Positions 41,338 through 50,887 are shown, counted from the first letter of the stretch. The stretch: 64,000 bases of DNA from an uncultured Thermoplasmatales archaeon (GCA_964518165.1 CAZFFN010000093.1:706-64705), one strand, 5' to 3'. The notes: a model not told the origin generated them from the sequence alone. Translations and numbers: made by a program.

Positions 41338-42108
41338 ATGGGCGAAGAAAACAAAGAGGAAAAATCAGAGATACTAAAAACCAAAATCAAAGGATTTGAT
41401 AAACTATTTCAAAAGGGAGGAATCCCGCAGGGAAATTCAATTCTTGTTGCAGGTGGACCAGGTACTGGAAAAAGTACTTTCTGTAGAGAAATCTGTTACA
41501 ATCTTGTTTCAGAAAATAAACACTGTATGTATGTAAGTTTTGAGGAAAATAAGGATAGAGTTATTAAAAGCATGAAAAACTTTGGTTGGGACGTATCAGA
41601 ATATATTGAAAACGGAAATCTTATAATCCAAAAAGTAAACCCTCTTGACATACTTAGAATGAAGTTTGGATCAATTGGCGGATCAGGATCTGCAACTGAA
41701 CTTTCATATAAAATAAAACCTTTAGTTATACCTAAAGATTTTCATCCTGAAGCAATATTTGTTGATTCACTTACTGCGATTATTGCAGCATCTGTTACTA
41801 AAGATAAAAATTACAGGGTGTACTTACAACAACTTTTTAGTTTCTTTGAAGAAACAGGTGCGACTAGTTTTCTTATAACTGAAACAGAACCTCTACCTAC
41901 ACAATATAGTAAATCAGGTATTGAAGAGTTTCTTGCCGATGGGATAGTAGTTCTTTATAACGTTAAGGAAAAAGAGAGCAGGAAAAATGCTGTTGAGATA
42001 ATAAAGATGAGATATGCTAAACATAAGAAAAAAGTTTTTTCTCTTGATATTACAGAGAACGGAATAGTTGTTCATCCAGATAAAAATATGGTTATTAACT
42101 TGGGCTGA
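41338..42108 (+). CDS. Single-domain KaiC-like (RAD55) ATPase
   Basis: GGIP, GGPGTGKST, SFEE, VDSLT, EFLADG, IKMR. Confidence 0.88.
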   Translation: MGEENKEEKSEILKTKIKGFDKLFQKGGIPQGNSILVAGGPGTGKSTFCREICYNLVSENKHCMYVSFEENKDRVIKSMKNFGWDVSEYIENGNLIIQKVNPLDILRMKFGSIGGSGSATELSYKIKPLVIPKDFHPEAIFVDSLTAIIAASVTKDKNYRVYLQQLFSFFEETGATSFLITETEPLPTQYSKSGIEEFLADGIVVLYNVKEKESRKNAVEIIKMRYAKHKKKVFSLDITENGIVVHPDKNMVINLG

Positions 42109-42118
42109 TTTATTCTAA

Positions 42119-42346
42119 TTATAGATATCTAAAGGAATGAGTATTGCCATCTAATCTTTTTGCACCATATTTTACAATACATTCTTCTACTTCTTTAACT
42201 TGCTTTTTATTCAACCCAGTTCTTTTTAAAATCAGGTTGTCATTCTCATCAAATATCTTGAGAATACAAGTATCTAAGTCCAAAATAGCCTTAAGCATAC
42301 GGCCTTCTTGAAGCCAAATCCAGATATGTACGTTTTTGCTGGTCAT
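42119..42346 (-). CDS. Small hypothetical protein
   Basis: 75 aa, SD AGGTG upstream, lies between the two KaiC-like genes. Confidence 0.65.
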   Translation of the reverse strand: MTSKNVHIWIWLQEGRMLKAILDLDTCILKIFDENDNLILKRTGLNKKQVKEVEECIVKYGAKRLDGNTHSFRYL

Positions 42347-42495
42347 TTTAACACCTGATTTTTCTCCATATATAATTTTATTTTACTAAGTATATAAATA
42401 TTTCTATACAAGTATTACCGATAATAATAAAAAAACTAGATAAAAGCAAATTATAGATAAGATAATATATACCGATTTGTATATCAAAGAATAGT

Positions 42496-43257
42496 ATGCA
42501 AGACTTTAATAGTATACAACATAAGGGATGCAGCCTAGAACGTATTAATACAGGAGTGCCAGGTCTAGATAATATTTTACAAGGAGGATTTCCAAAAAAA
42601 TCAATAACTCTAGTTTCAGGTCCACCTGGAGGAGGAAAAAGCATATTCTGCTTTCAATTTTTATATGAAGGCATGAAAAACAACGAAAAATGCCTATTTT
42701 TAAGCCTTGATAAAAAAACAGAAGGTTTGCTCACTCAAGCAAAAGAACTAGATATTGATTTTCAACCAGCAATAGAACAGCAAACTGTTAAATTTCTATT
42801 TCTAAATATCAATAAGAAATTTGTATATGAAAAAATGACAGATGAGATACTATCAGGAAATTATGATAGAATAGTTCTTGACTCAATAACTCCCTTGTCA
42901 GAGATGCCGATGTATATAAGAGAAACAGAATCCAATCAAATAGATTCGAGCTTAGTTAACCCTGATGACATTCCAAAAGGTGTCAGCATGCCTACTAGAA
43001 GACTTCATTTAAGATATATCATGAATACCTTAGAATCAACAGATGCAACATCAATAGTTACTTCAGAACTACCAGTTGGATCAAATATGCTTTCTAGAGA
43101 TGGTATTTCAGAATTTCTTGCTGATGGCGTTGTAAAACTAAGTTTTGATCCAACTATGGATAGAAGAAAACTATCTGTTTTAAAAATGAGAAACACAAAA
43201 CATACATTAAAACCACAAAACATCCAAATTGAAACCGGCGGAATAAAATTAATTTAA
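42496..43257 (+). CDS. Single-domain KaiC-like (RAD55) ATPase
   Basis: TGVPGLD..L.GGFP, GPPGGGKS, LDSIT, EFLADG, LKMR.T.H. Confidence 0.88.
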   Translation: MQDFNSIQHKGCSLERINTGVPGLDNILQGGFPKKSITLVSGPPGGGKSIFCFQFLYEGMKNNEKCLFLSLDKKTEGLLTQAKELDIDFQPAIEQQTVKFLFLNINKKFVYEKMTDEILSGNYDRIVLDSITPLSEMPMYIRETESNQIDSSLVNPDDIPKGVSMPTRRLHLRYIMNTLESTDATSIVTSELPVGSNMLSRDGISEFLADGVVKLSFDPTMDRRKLSVLKMRNTKHTLKPQNIQIETGGIKLI

Positions 43258-43259
43258 AA

Positions 43260-43754
43260 ATGTCACTAAGAAATATTTTCAAACTATTTTATGGATACAA
43301 ACCTCCAAAAAAAATTAGAGCTTTATTTATTGTACACTACGCACCTTTGCTGCTGCTTATTTTAACAGGACCAATAACCCCGCTTTATAATATCTGGAAA
43401 TTATTACCTAATTTTTTACCAAGTATAGTACTAGGCACAGTAATTTTTTTAATTGGAGCATATATCTATCTAAAATGGGAAATATTCTGGGAAAAAACAT
43501 ATCGCGGTCAACTTGTAACAGAGGGAGCTTTTAAAAAAATCAGGCATCCTCATTATACATCATTACTAATAATCGGCTTTGGACTTGCATTCTTCTTCAA
43601 TTCATTGTTATCAATAATAATATCTATAGCAGCTATACCCATAATGATAGTAAGTATAATTGACGAAGAAAAAAAACTAATAAAAGAGTACGGTAAAGCT
43701 TATAAAAAATTCATGGAAAAAACACCATGGAGAATAATTCCATATATTTTCTAG
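43260..43754 (+). CDS. Isoprenylcysteine carboxyl methyltransferase family protein
   Basis: LVTEG.F..IRHPHY, EE..L...YG..Y. Confidence 0.85.
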   Translation: MSLRNIFKLFYGYKPPKKIRALFIVHYAPLLLLILTGPITPLYNIWKLLPNFLPSIVLGTVIFLIGAYIYLKWEIFWEKTYRGQLVTEGAFKKIRHPHYTSLLIIGFGLAFFFNSLLSIIISIAAIPIMIVSIIDEEKKLIKEYGKAYKKFMEKTPWRIIPYIF

Positions 43755-43828
43755 ATATCAATTTCAATAATTTTATCCCAATTCTATACAAAATCTTTAT
43801 ATATCATATCCTTAATGCATTGTTTCCT

Positions 43829-43903
43829 TGTCTTAACCAGACATTAATCGGGCAATTCAGAGATGAATCCCGAGAACAAATGCCAAAATCGATTTTTTTG
43901 GCA
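43829..43903 (+). promoter_or_regulatory. Structured 5' leader of the rpl3 operon (candidate r-leader)
   Basis: Three hairpins downstream of TATA TTTATATA (43796-803): TGTCT/AGACA, TCGGG-ATTCA-GAGA-TGAAT-CCCGA, TGCCAAAA/TTTTGGCA. Confidence 0.5.
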
Positions 43904-43985
43904 ATATTTGGGAAATGTCACGGTTTGGAAAATATAACAAGGTAATAAACTTAAGTCATAAAATAATCTTAATAGAGGGTATATC

Positions 43986-44978
43986 ATGCCTGAGAGACAT
44001 CATCCAAGAAGAGGATCAATGGGCTATTCGCCAAGGAAAAGAGCTAGACAAGAGACTCCACATATTAAAAACTGGCCAGAAGGTGGAGATAAACCAAAAA
44101 TACAGGGTTTTCTAGGATACAAAGCTGGAATGACTCATGCTTTTATTGTTGATTTCAGACCCACTTCTACAACCTCTGGTAAAGAAGTCATGGAACCAGT
44201 AACTGTAATTGAAACACCTCCTGTAAAAATAATGGGAGTAAGAGCTTATAAGAAAGTAAATCAAGGTTTACAGACAATCGGAGAAGTATGGTCTAAAAAA
44301 ATAGACAAAGAAGTTGCAAAAAGAATCCCAATTTCAAAGAAAGACAATAAAGAAAAATGGGATTTTATTAAAAACGCTGATGAAATAAGAGTTATTATCC
44401 ATACTCAGCCAAAACTTGTCACAGGAATTCCAAAAAAGAAACCTGAAATAAGAGAGTTTAGAATTGGCGGCGGATCAATTGATGATAAAATAAAATATGC
44501 TAAAGAACTCCTTGGAAAAGAAATGAAAATAAACGATACACTAAGAGAAGGAGACATGGTTGATACAATAGCAGTAACTAAAGGAAAAGGATTTCAAGGT
44601 CATGTTAAAAGATGGGGAGTAAAACTTCTCAGCCATAAAAACTCAAAACACAGAAGAATGATTGGTACAGCAGGTAGCTGGCATCCAAATTGGATTCAAA
44701 CAACAGTACCTCAAGCCGGTCAAACGGGATATCATCAGAGAACAGAATACAACAAACGTATCCTTAAAATTGGAGACAAAGGAGAGGAAATTACTCCTAC
44801 GGGTGGTTTTCCACATTATGGAAACGTAAAAAACTCCTATATTCTTATCCACGGATCAATACCTGGTCCATCAAAAAGGCTAGTCAGCTTAAGAGATGCT
44901 ATTAGATACAAACGTGGTGTAAAAGTCGAGAAACCAGAAATATCATATATATCTACTACAAGTAAACAAGGAGTGTAA
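43986..44978 (+). CDS. rpl3: Ribosomal protein uL3
   Basis: HPRRGSMGYSPRKRA, GYKAGMTH, TKGKGFQG.VKRWG. Confidence 0.98.
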   Translation: MPERHHPRRGSMGYSPRKRARQETPHIKNWPEGGDKPKIQGFLGYKAGMTHAFIVDFRPTSTTSGKEVMEPVTVIETPPVKIMGVRAYKKVNQGLQTIGEVWSKKIDKEVAKRIPISKKDNKEKWDFIKNADEIRVIIHTQPKLVTGIPKKKPEIREFRIGGGSIDDKIKYAKELLGKEMKINDTLREGDMVDTIAVTKGKGFQGHVKRWGVKLLSHKNSKHRRMIGTAGSWHPNWIQTTVPQAGQTGYHQRTEYNKRILKIGDKGEEITPTGGFPHYGNVKNSYILIHGSIPGPSKRLVSLRDAIRYKRGVKVEKPEISYISTTSKQGV

Positions 44979-44982
44979 ATAA

Positions 44983-45744
44983 ATGGTTAAGGTAAATGTA
45001 TATAAGACAAGCGGAAACACACAAGAAAAAATAGACCTACCGCAGTTATTTGATACACAATTTAGACCAGATTTAATAAAAAAATCATTTAATACCCTCA
45101 GTTCCAATAAGAGAAGGCCGTATGGTGCAAGTAAACTAGCTGGTAAAATGCATGCTACTGCATCTGTTGGAAAAGGAAGAGGAATGAGCAGAGTACCAAG
45201 ACTTACACAAGGTAACCGTGCAGCTCTAGCACCATGTGTTGTTGGTGGAAGACGTGCACATCCTCCTAAAGCTGAAAGGGTTTGGAAAGAAAAAATAAAT
45301 AAAAAAGAAAAAAACTTAGCAAAAAATTCAGCTCTTGCAGCAACATCAGTAAAAGAAATTGTCCAAAAAAGAGGACATAAATTTGATGAGAAAGTTACGT
45401 TACCTGTCGTTGTAGATGATTCTTTTGAAAAAATCAAAAAAACTAGTGATTTAATAAAAGCACTTGATAAAATTGGTTTGTATGATGATTTATTAAGAGC
45501 ATATAATGGCAAACATATTAGAGCAGGAAAAGGAAAATCAAGAGGACGTAAATATAAAACACCAAGATCAATCTTGATTGTTTCAACAAATGACACATTA
45601 ATCAAAAGTTCCTGTAATCTAACAGGCGTGGATGCTATTAAGCCAAATCAATTAGATATATCTTATTTAGCACCAGGCGGGGACCCAGGGAGACTTGCAA
45701 TATTTACTAAATCAGCGCTAAAAGAAATTGGAGGTGCTAAGTAA
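44983..45744 (+). CDS. rpl4: Ribosomal protein uL4
   Basis: GKGRGMSRVPR, GGRRAHPP, RAGKGK.RGR, LAPGG.PGRL. Confidence 0.98.
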   Translation: MVKVNVYKTSGNTQEKIDLPQLFDTQFRPDLIKKSFNTLSSNKRRPYGASKLAGKMHATASVGKGRGMSRVPRLTQGNRAALAPCVVGGRRAHPPKAERVWKEKINKKEKNLAKNSALAATSVKEIVQKRGHKFDEKVTLPVVVDDSFEKIKKTSDLIKALDKIGLYDDLLRAYNGKHIRAGKGKSRGRKYKTPRSILIVSTNDTLIKSSCNLTGVDAIKPNQLDISYLAPGGDPGRLAIFTKSALKEIGGAK

Positions 45745-46001
45745 TGGACCCATATGATATTATATTTCATCCATTTGTTACTGAAAAAACAATGAACTTT
45801 ATGGAGAAAAACAATGCTTTAGAGTTTGTTGTAAAAAGAAATGCTAATAAAAAACAGATAAAAAAAGCTGTTGAAGAAATGTTTGAATCAAAAGTTGATA
45901 CTGTTAATACTAGAATAACAAAACACGGGAAGCATGCAATAGTAAAATTTGGACCCGATGTAAATGCAGAAGATATTGGAATGAGAATTGGAATATTCTA
46001 G
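45744..46001 (+). CDS. rpl23: Ribosomal protein uL23
   Basis: P.VTEK, ANKKQIKKAVE; operon position. Confidence 0.97.
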   Translation: MDPYDIIFHPFVTEKTMNFMEKNNALEFVVKRNANKKQIKKAVEEMFESKVDTVNTRITKHGKHAIVKFGPDVNAEDIGMRIGIF

Positions 46002-46013
46002 AGGTTATTTAAA

Positions 46014-46727
46014 ATGGGAAAAAGATTAATCCAACAAAGGCGTGGGCGAAATAATACAAAATTCAGTGTACCTTCACATAGATACAAAGGAGATATTAAG
46101 TATATATATAATATACAAGGAAAAATTGAAGGTACTGTAACTGACATTGTCCATGATAGTGGACGCTCTGCACCTCTTGCAGAAATAAGACTTAATAATA
46201 ATTCAAAGACCTTAATAATTGCTCCTGAAGGGATAAAAATTGGAGACAAAATAAATATTAGTGACAAAAAAGAAGATATCAAAATAGGTAATATCTTGAA
46301 AATTGGAGATGTACCAGAAGGTGCACCAATTTTTAACGTTGAGATTTCACCAGGCGACGGAGGAAAACTTGTTAGGACTGGTGGAACTAATGCAACAGTT
46401 GTTAGTCACTTTAAAACTAAAACCGTAGTTCAACTTCCATCTGGAGCATTTAAAACACTAGATTCAGCCTGTAAAGCAAGTATTGGAGTAATTGCTGGTG
46501 GTGGACGAAAAGATAAACCATTTTTAAAGGCAGGTAAAAAAAGTATTGCTAGAAAGAGAAGAGGAAAACAATACCCAATTGTTCGTGGTGTTGCAATGAA
46601 TCCGGTTGCTCATCCTCACGGTGGAGGAGGTCATCAGCATGTCGGAAAGCCATACACAGTAAAACGTGGTGCTTCACCAGGTAGAAAAGTTGGTAGTGTA
46701 GCTGCAAAGCGAACCGGGAGGAAGTAA
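46014..46727 (+). CDS. rpl2: Ribosomal protein uL2
   Basis: MGKRLIQQRRG, RGVAMNPVAHPHGGG. Confidence 0.98.
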   Translation: MGKRLIQQRRGRNNTKFSVPSHRYKGDIKYIYNIQGKIEGTVTDIVHDSGRSAPLAEIRLNNNSKTLIIAPEGIKIGDKINISDKKEDIKIGNILKIGDVPEGAPIFNVEISPGDGGKLVRTGGTNATVVSHFKTKTVVQLPSGAFKTLDSACKASIGVIAGGGRKDKPFLKAGKKSIARKRRGKQYPIVRGVAMNPVAHPHGGGGHQHVGKPYTVKRGASPGRKVGSVAAKRTGRK

Positions 46728-46731
46728 ATAG

Positions 46732-47187
46732 ATGGCAGCTAAAGAATTTAAAAGATCATCAAGAAGTCAAAGAAAGAAAAGAAGAAAGAAAATTGAGTTT
46801 AAAAAGAAAGAATTCAAATATAGAGGTCTTTCTTTAGAAGAACTTCAAAAACTATCTTTACAAGAATTATTACCCTTACTTCCATCAAGAGTAAGACGAT
46901 CTTTGGAAAGAGGGTTTACAGTTAGGCAAAATAAACTATACAATGACATTCAAAACGCAAATAAAGGTGACACAATCCGCACACATTGCAGAAGCATGGT
47001 AGTCTTACCAAATTTTGTAGGCCACACCATTTTTGTTTACAATGGTAAGGAATTCCAACGTGTAGATATAACTGAAAACATGATTGGCCACTATCTAGGT
47101 GAATTTGCTTTAACAAGACAAAAAGTTAAACATACTGGACCTGGAGTAGGAGCTACTAGGTCGTCTAAATTTATGCCATTGAAGTGA
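46732..47187 (+). CDS. rps19: Ribosomal protein uS19
   Basis: [30 protein letters not shown]. Confidence 0.98.
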   Translation: MAAKEFKRSSRSQRKKRRKKIEFKKKEFKYRGLSLEELQKLSLQELLPLLPSRVRRSLERGFTVRQNKLYNDIQNANKGDTIRTHCRSMVVLPNFVGHTIFVYNGKEFQRVDITENMIGHYLGEFALTRQKVKHTGPGVGATRSSKFMPLK

Positions 47188-47193
47188 TGAAAA

Positions 47194-47637
47194 ATGAAAT
47201 ATTCAAAAAATGTAGATCCAGATAGAACCGCAAAAGCATATGGATACGAGCTTCATTGTTCTAAAAAAGACTCTATGAATATTGCACTTGCTATTAAAAA
47301 TATGAACGTGGAAAAAGCAAAGAAATACTTAGAGGAAATAAGAGATAAAAAACGGCCTCTTCCAACAAGAGTTCATAAGCAAAAAAGAGCACATAAAAAA
47401 GGTGTTGGACCTGGAAGCTATCCTAAAAAAGCAGCTGACTACATTCTTAAAATCCTTAAAAATGCTGAAAACAACGCTGAATACAAAGGCTTTGATCCAG
47501 AGAACATGAAAATAATACATGCTTCAGCATATGGTGGAAGAGTGATAAGAGGTATTATGCCTCGTGCTCAGGGTAGAGCCACTGATAAAAATACCCATAC
47601 TACAAATTTTGAAATAATACTTGAAGAGGTAGAGTAA
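47194..47637 (+). CDS. rpl22: Ribosomal protein uL22
   Basis: G.YP.KAA, NAENNAEYKG, PRAQGRA. Confidence 0.97.
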   Translation: MKYSKNVDPDRTAKAYGYELHCSKKDSMNIALAIKNMNVEKAKKYLEEIRDKKRPLPTRVHKQKRAHKKGVGPGSYPKKAADYILKILKNAENNAEYKGFDPENMKIIHASAYGGRVIRGIMPRAQGRATDKNTHTTNFEIILEEVE

Positions 47638-48509
47638 TGACAGGAGAACGTTCTTTTATTAGGGAAAATACAAATCGAATACTCATTAAAGAATTCCTAA
47701 TCAAAAAAATAGAGGGAGCTGGCTTTGGCGGCATGAACATTCAGAGAACACCGATGGGAACTAGAATCAATATTGTTGTTGAAAGACCAGGTATGGTCAT
47801 TGGTAAAGGCGGAAGAAAAGTTAAAGAGTTAACCGCTGAAATAAAAGACAAATTCAACGTCGAAAATCCACAAATTGAAATTGAGGAAGCAGGTGCAAGA
47901 GCATCACTAAATGCTCAAATAATGGCTGAAAAACTCGCTGAAGCTCTTCAACGTGGATGGCATTTTAGACGTGCCGGTCACTCTACTGTAAGACGTATCA
48001 TGGGTTCTGGTGCGAAAGGTTGCCAGGTCATAATTGCTGGTAAACTTACTGGTGCAAGACATAGAACTGAGAAATTTACCCAGGGACACGTTAAATACTG
48101 CGGGGAGACTGCTAGAGAAGTAATGGACGAGGGATACTCAGTTGCAAAACTTAAAGCAGGTGTATTAGGTGTTAAAGTTAGAATTATGAGACCAGATTCA
48201 AGGCTTCCTGATGAAATAAATATCAAAGTTCCTAAAAAAGAAGGTAAAAAAGAGGAAAAACAGGAAGATAAAGAAAAACCAAAGAAGAAAACTGTAGAAA
48301 AAGAAAAACAAACTGATATCAAAAAACTCAAAGAAATACAAGGCATCGGCCCATCTGTAATAAAGAAATTTGAAAAAGCAGGGATAAAATCTCTTGAAGA
48401 GCTTTTTGAAATGGATGTCGATGATCTAGCAACAATCAATGGTATCGGCGGTAAAACTGCTGAAACAATTGTAAAAAACCTAAAAAAGATACTTGAAGAG
48501 GTTGCTTAA
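47637..48509 (+). CDS. rps3: Ribosomal protein uS3 with C-terminal helix-hairpin-helix domain
   Basis: KH motif RPGMVIGKGG, GWHFRRA, GVLGVKV; then a K/E linker and IQGIGP...INGIGGKTA. Confidence 0.97.
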   Translation: MTGERSFIRENTNRILIKEFLIKKIEGAGFGGMNIQRTPMGTRINIVVERPGMVIGKGGRKVKELTAEIKDKFNVENPQIEIEEAGARASLNAQIMAEKLAEALQRGWHFRRAGHSTVRRIMGSGAKGCQVIIAGKLTGARHRTEKFTQGHVKYCGETAREVMDEGYSVAKLKAGVLGVKVRIMRPDSRLPDEINIKVPKKEGKKEEKQEDKEKPKKKTVEKEKQTDIKKLKEIQGIGPSVIKKFEKAGIKSLEELFEMDVDDLATINGIGGKTAETIVKNLKKILEEVA

Positions 48510-48510
48510 A

Positions 48511-48711
48511 ATGGTTCTTAAAGTTAAAGAAATCCGCGAACTTACTTCCGAAGAAAGAAGTGAGAAATTAAAAGAATTGAAAAGCGAACTGATGCATGAG
48601 AGAGGTGTTGCTGCAATGGGTGGTTCACCACCGTCACCTGGGAAGATCCGTCAACTCAGGATGAGTATTGCAAAGCTACTTACTATCATGCGGGAGGAAG
48701 GAGAAAAATAA
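48511..48711 (+). CDS. rpl29: Ribosomal protein uL29
   Basis: EIRE, L.ELK.EL, PGKIRQLR..IA.LLT. SD GAGG. Confidence 0.96.
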   Translation: MVLKVKEIRELTSEERSEKLKELKSELMHERGVAAMGGSPPSPGKIRQLRMSIAKLLTIMREEGEK

Positions 48712-49011
48712 ATGACTGATATATGCGAAGTATGTGGTCTACCTAAAGAAATATGTGTCTGTGAAGATATCGCCCGTGAACAACAAAAAATAGCAATATA
48801 TGTTGATAAGAGAAGATACGGAAAAATGATGACTATCATAGAAGGAATAGATAGTCATGATTTAGACATGGACTCTCTTATAACAAAACTTAAATCAAAA
48901 TGTGCATGCGGCGGAACAATAAAAGAAGGAAAAATTGAACTTCAAGGCGACCACAGAACCAAAGTAAAAGATGTCCTTGAAAAAATGGGATTCACAGCAG
49001 ACGTAATATAA
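48712..49011 (+). CDS. sui1: Translation initiation factor aIF1 (SUI1)
   Basis: CEVCGLP...C.CE, RRYGK, LK.KCACGGT, IELQGDH. Confidence 0.96.
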   Translation: MTDICEVCGLPKEICVCEDIAREQQKIAIYVDKRRYGKMMTIIEGIDSHDLDMDSLITKLKSKCACGGTIKEGKIELQGDHRTKVKDVLEKMGFTADVI

Positions 49012-49084
49012 AAAAATATTACAAAAACACAAGAATCCTGTGCGGATCATTTGAGAATGGCCCATATCAAGAGGAACAAAAGAT

Positions 49085-49348
49085 ATGGATAAAAAAGAAC
49101 TTGCCCGTGATGAACTAATCGGGCTAAATGTTAAGATAATAAAATGTACTGATCCCAACTGGGAAGGCAAAAAAGGAATTGTCCTTGATGAAACAAAAAA
49201 TACCTTTCTGTTGGAAATAAACGGTGAACAAAAGAGGATTGCTAAAAAAAGTGCAACCTTTGAGTTTGCATATGATGATAAAAAGATAAGTCTCAACGGT
49301 GCTGATATAAATTATCGGCCCGAAGATAGAATTAAAAAAGTAAGGTGA
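49085..49348 (+). CDS. rnp1: Ribonuclease P protein component 1 (Rpp29)
   Basis: ELIGL, G.V.DETKNT, RPEDR. Confidence 0.94.
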   Translation: MDKKELARDELIGLNVKIIKCTDPNWEGKKGIVLDETKNTFLLEINGEQKRIAKKSATFEFAYDDKKISLNGADINYRPEDRIKKVR

Positions 49349-49357
49349 AAAAACAAA

Positions 49358-49696
49358 ATGGCAGAAAAAAAACCCAAAGCAAGAAACATAGGGGTAAAAG
49401 TAGAACCACCAAAAGAAACATGTGAAGATAAAAACTGTCCATTCCATGGAACTCTCTCTGTTAGAGGACAGATTATTACAGGTATTGTTTCAGCTAATAA
49501 GATGGATAAGACAATATCTGTAAAAAGAGAGTACAGACATTATGTTCCAAAATATGAAAGATATGAAAGAAGAACTTCAAAATATATTGCTCATTGTCCA
49601 CCATGTTTAAAGGTTAAAAGTGGTGACAGAGTAAGGATAGCTGAATGCCGTCCTCTTAGTAAAACAGTTTCATTTGTAACAATAGAAAAATTATAG
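49358..49696 (+). CDS. rps17: Ribosomal protein uS17
   Basis: [25 protein letters not shown]. Confidence 0.98.
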   Translation: MAEKKPKARNIGVKVEPPKETCEDKNCPFHGTLSVRGQIITGIVSANKMDKTISVKREYRHYVPKYERYERRTSKYIAHCPPCLKVKSGDRVRIAECRPLSKTVSFVTIEKL

Positions 49697-49713
49697 ATAG
49701 GTGATGATTAAAA

Positions 49714-50112
49714 ATGAAAGGTATCGCCGGTAGAACCATGAGAGGTCTTCCAATAGGTGCTAGACTTGAATGCATTGATAATACAGGTGCAAAAATAGTA
49801 GAAATCGTACAAACTCCAAAACTAAAAGGAACTCATAGAAGATATCCAAAAGCAGGAGTTGGAGATCTAGTAATAATTAGTGTAAAAAAAGGAGCAGTTG
49901 ACATGAGAAGGCAACTCTTCAAAGCAGTAATCGTTCGTCAAAAAAGACCATTTAGAAGACCTGATGGAACCATGGTTCAATTCGAAGATAACGCAGCTGT
50001 AATAGTTACTGAAACTGGTGAAACAAAGGGATCTATGATTAAAGGGCCTGTTGCCCTTGAAGCTGCAGAACGATATCCAAAAATTGCTTCAAATGCATCT
50101 ATAATAGTATGA
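49714..50112 (+). CDS. rpl14: Ribosomal protein uL14
   Basis: DNTGAK, FEDNAAV, KGPVA.EAA. Confidence 0.98.
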   Translation: MKGIAGRTMRGLPIGARLECIDNTGAKIVEIVQTPKLKGTHRRYPKAGVGDLVIISVKKGAVDMRRQLFKAVIVRQKRPFRRPDGTMVQFEDNAAVIVTETGETKGSMIKGPVALEAAERYPKIASNASIIV

Positions 50113-50125
50113 AATGGGGTATAAA

Positions 50126-50887
50126 ATGAAATCTTATAAACCAAGAAAACAAAGAAAAAAAATGTTCAACGCACCACAACATAAAAAAAGAAAGTGGCTT
50201 GCATCTCACTTAGATGAAAATCTGATTCTAAAATACGATAAAAGAGGAATACCTGTCATTGAAGGAGATACAGTTAAAGTTATGAGAGGGAGCTACAAAG
50301 GTCACGAGGATAAGGTTGCAAAAGTAAATGTCAAAAAACAAAGAATTGAAATCGAAGGAATCATGATGGCTAAAGCTGATGGAAATAAACTTGCTAAACC
50401 CGTTCATGCTAGTAACTGTTTAATTACTAAACTTAATTTAACTGATAAATGGCGAAGAGAAAAACTTGAAAGGAATCTATCTGAAGAAACAAAGAAAGAA
50501 ATCGAAAAAGAAGCTGAAGAACAAATCAAAGAAGCTGAAGAACAAAAAAGACTTGAAGAAGAAATGAAGAAAAAAGCTGAAGAAGAAGCAGAGAAAGAAC
50601 AAACCGAAACTGAGGAAAAAGACGAAGAAAAGAAAGAAGAGATTCCTAAAAAAACTGAAGATAAAAAAGAAACACAAAAAGAAGAACCTAAGAAAACAGA
50701 AAAAAAGAAACCTTCAAAACCAAAAGAAGAAAAAAAACCAGTAGAAAAAGAAAAGAAAACTGAAAAACAAGAAAAGAAGAGTAAAGCAAAAAGTTCAGCT
50801 TCCAAAAAAACTACAACAAAAAAGAAAACTCAAACCAAAAAACAAACATCATCTAAAAAGACCACCGGAAAAAAGGAGGAAGAATAG
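50126..50887 (+). CDS. rpl24: Ribosomal protein uL24 with long K/E-rich C-terminal extension
   Basis: PRKQRK...NAP.H, GDTVKVMRG. SD GGGGT favours ATG 50126 (alternative 50114). Confidence 0.95.
   Translation: MKSYKPRKQRKKMFNAPQHKKRKWLASHLDENLILKYDKRGIPVIEGDTVKVMRGSYKGHEDKVAKVNVKKQRIEIEGIMMAKADGNKLAKPVHASNCLITKLNLTDKWRREKLERNLSEETKKEIEKEAEEQIKEAEEQKRLEEEMKKKAEEEAEKEQTETEEKDEEKKEEIPKKTEDKKETQKEEPKKTEKKKPSKPKEEKKPVEKEKKTEKQEKKSKAKSSASKKTTTKKKTQTKKQTSSKKTTGKKEEE

Noticed and set aside
41338..43257. Circadian kaiABC clock
   Set aside because: Single-domain ATPases without the ST phosphosites; no KaiA or KaiB recognised.
43727..44115. ORFs 43727-43945 and 43915-44115
   Set aside because: Overlap the rpl3 promoter/leader and rpl3 out of frame; not protein-like.
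50404..50805. Phe/Ser-rich antisense ORFs (also 47978-48439, 53427-53684, 59513-59857)
   Set aside because: Reverse complements of Lys/Glu-rich coding tracts.
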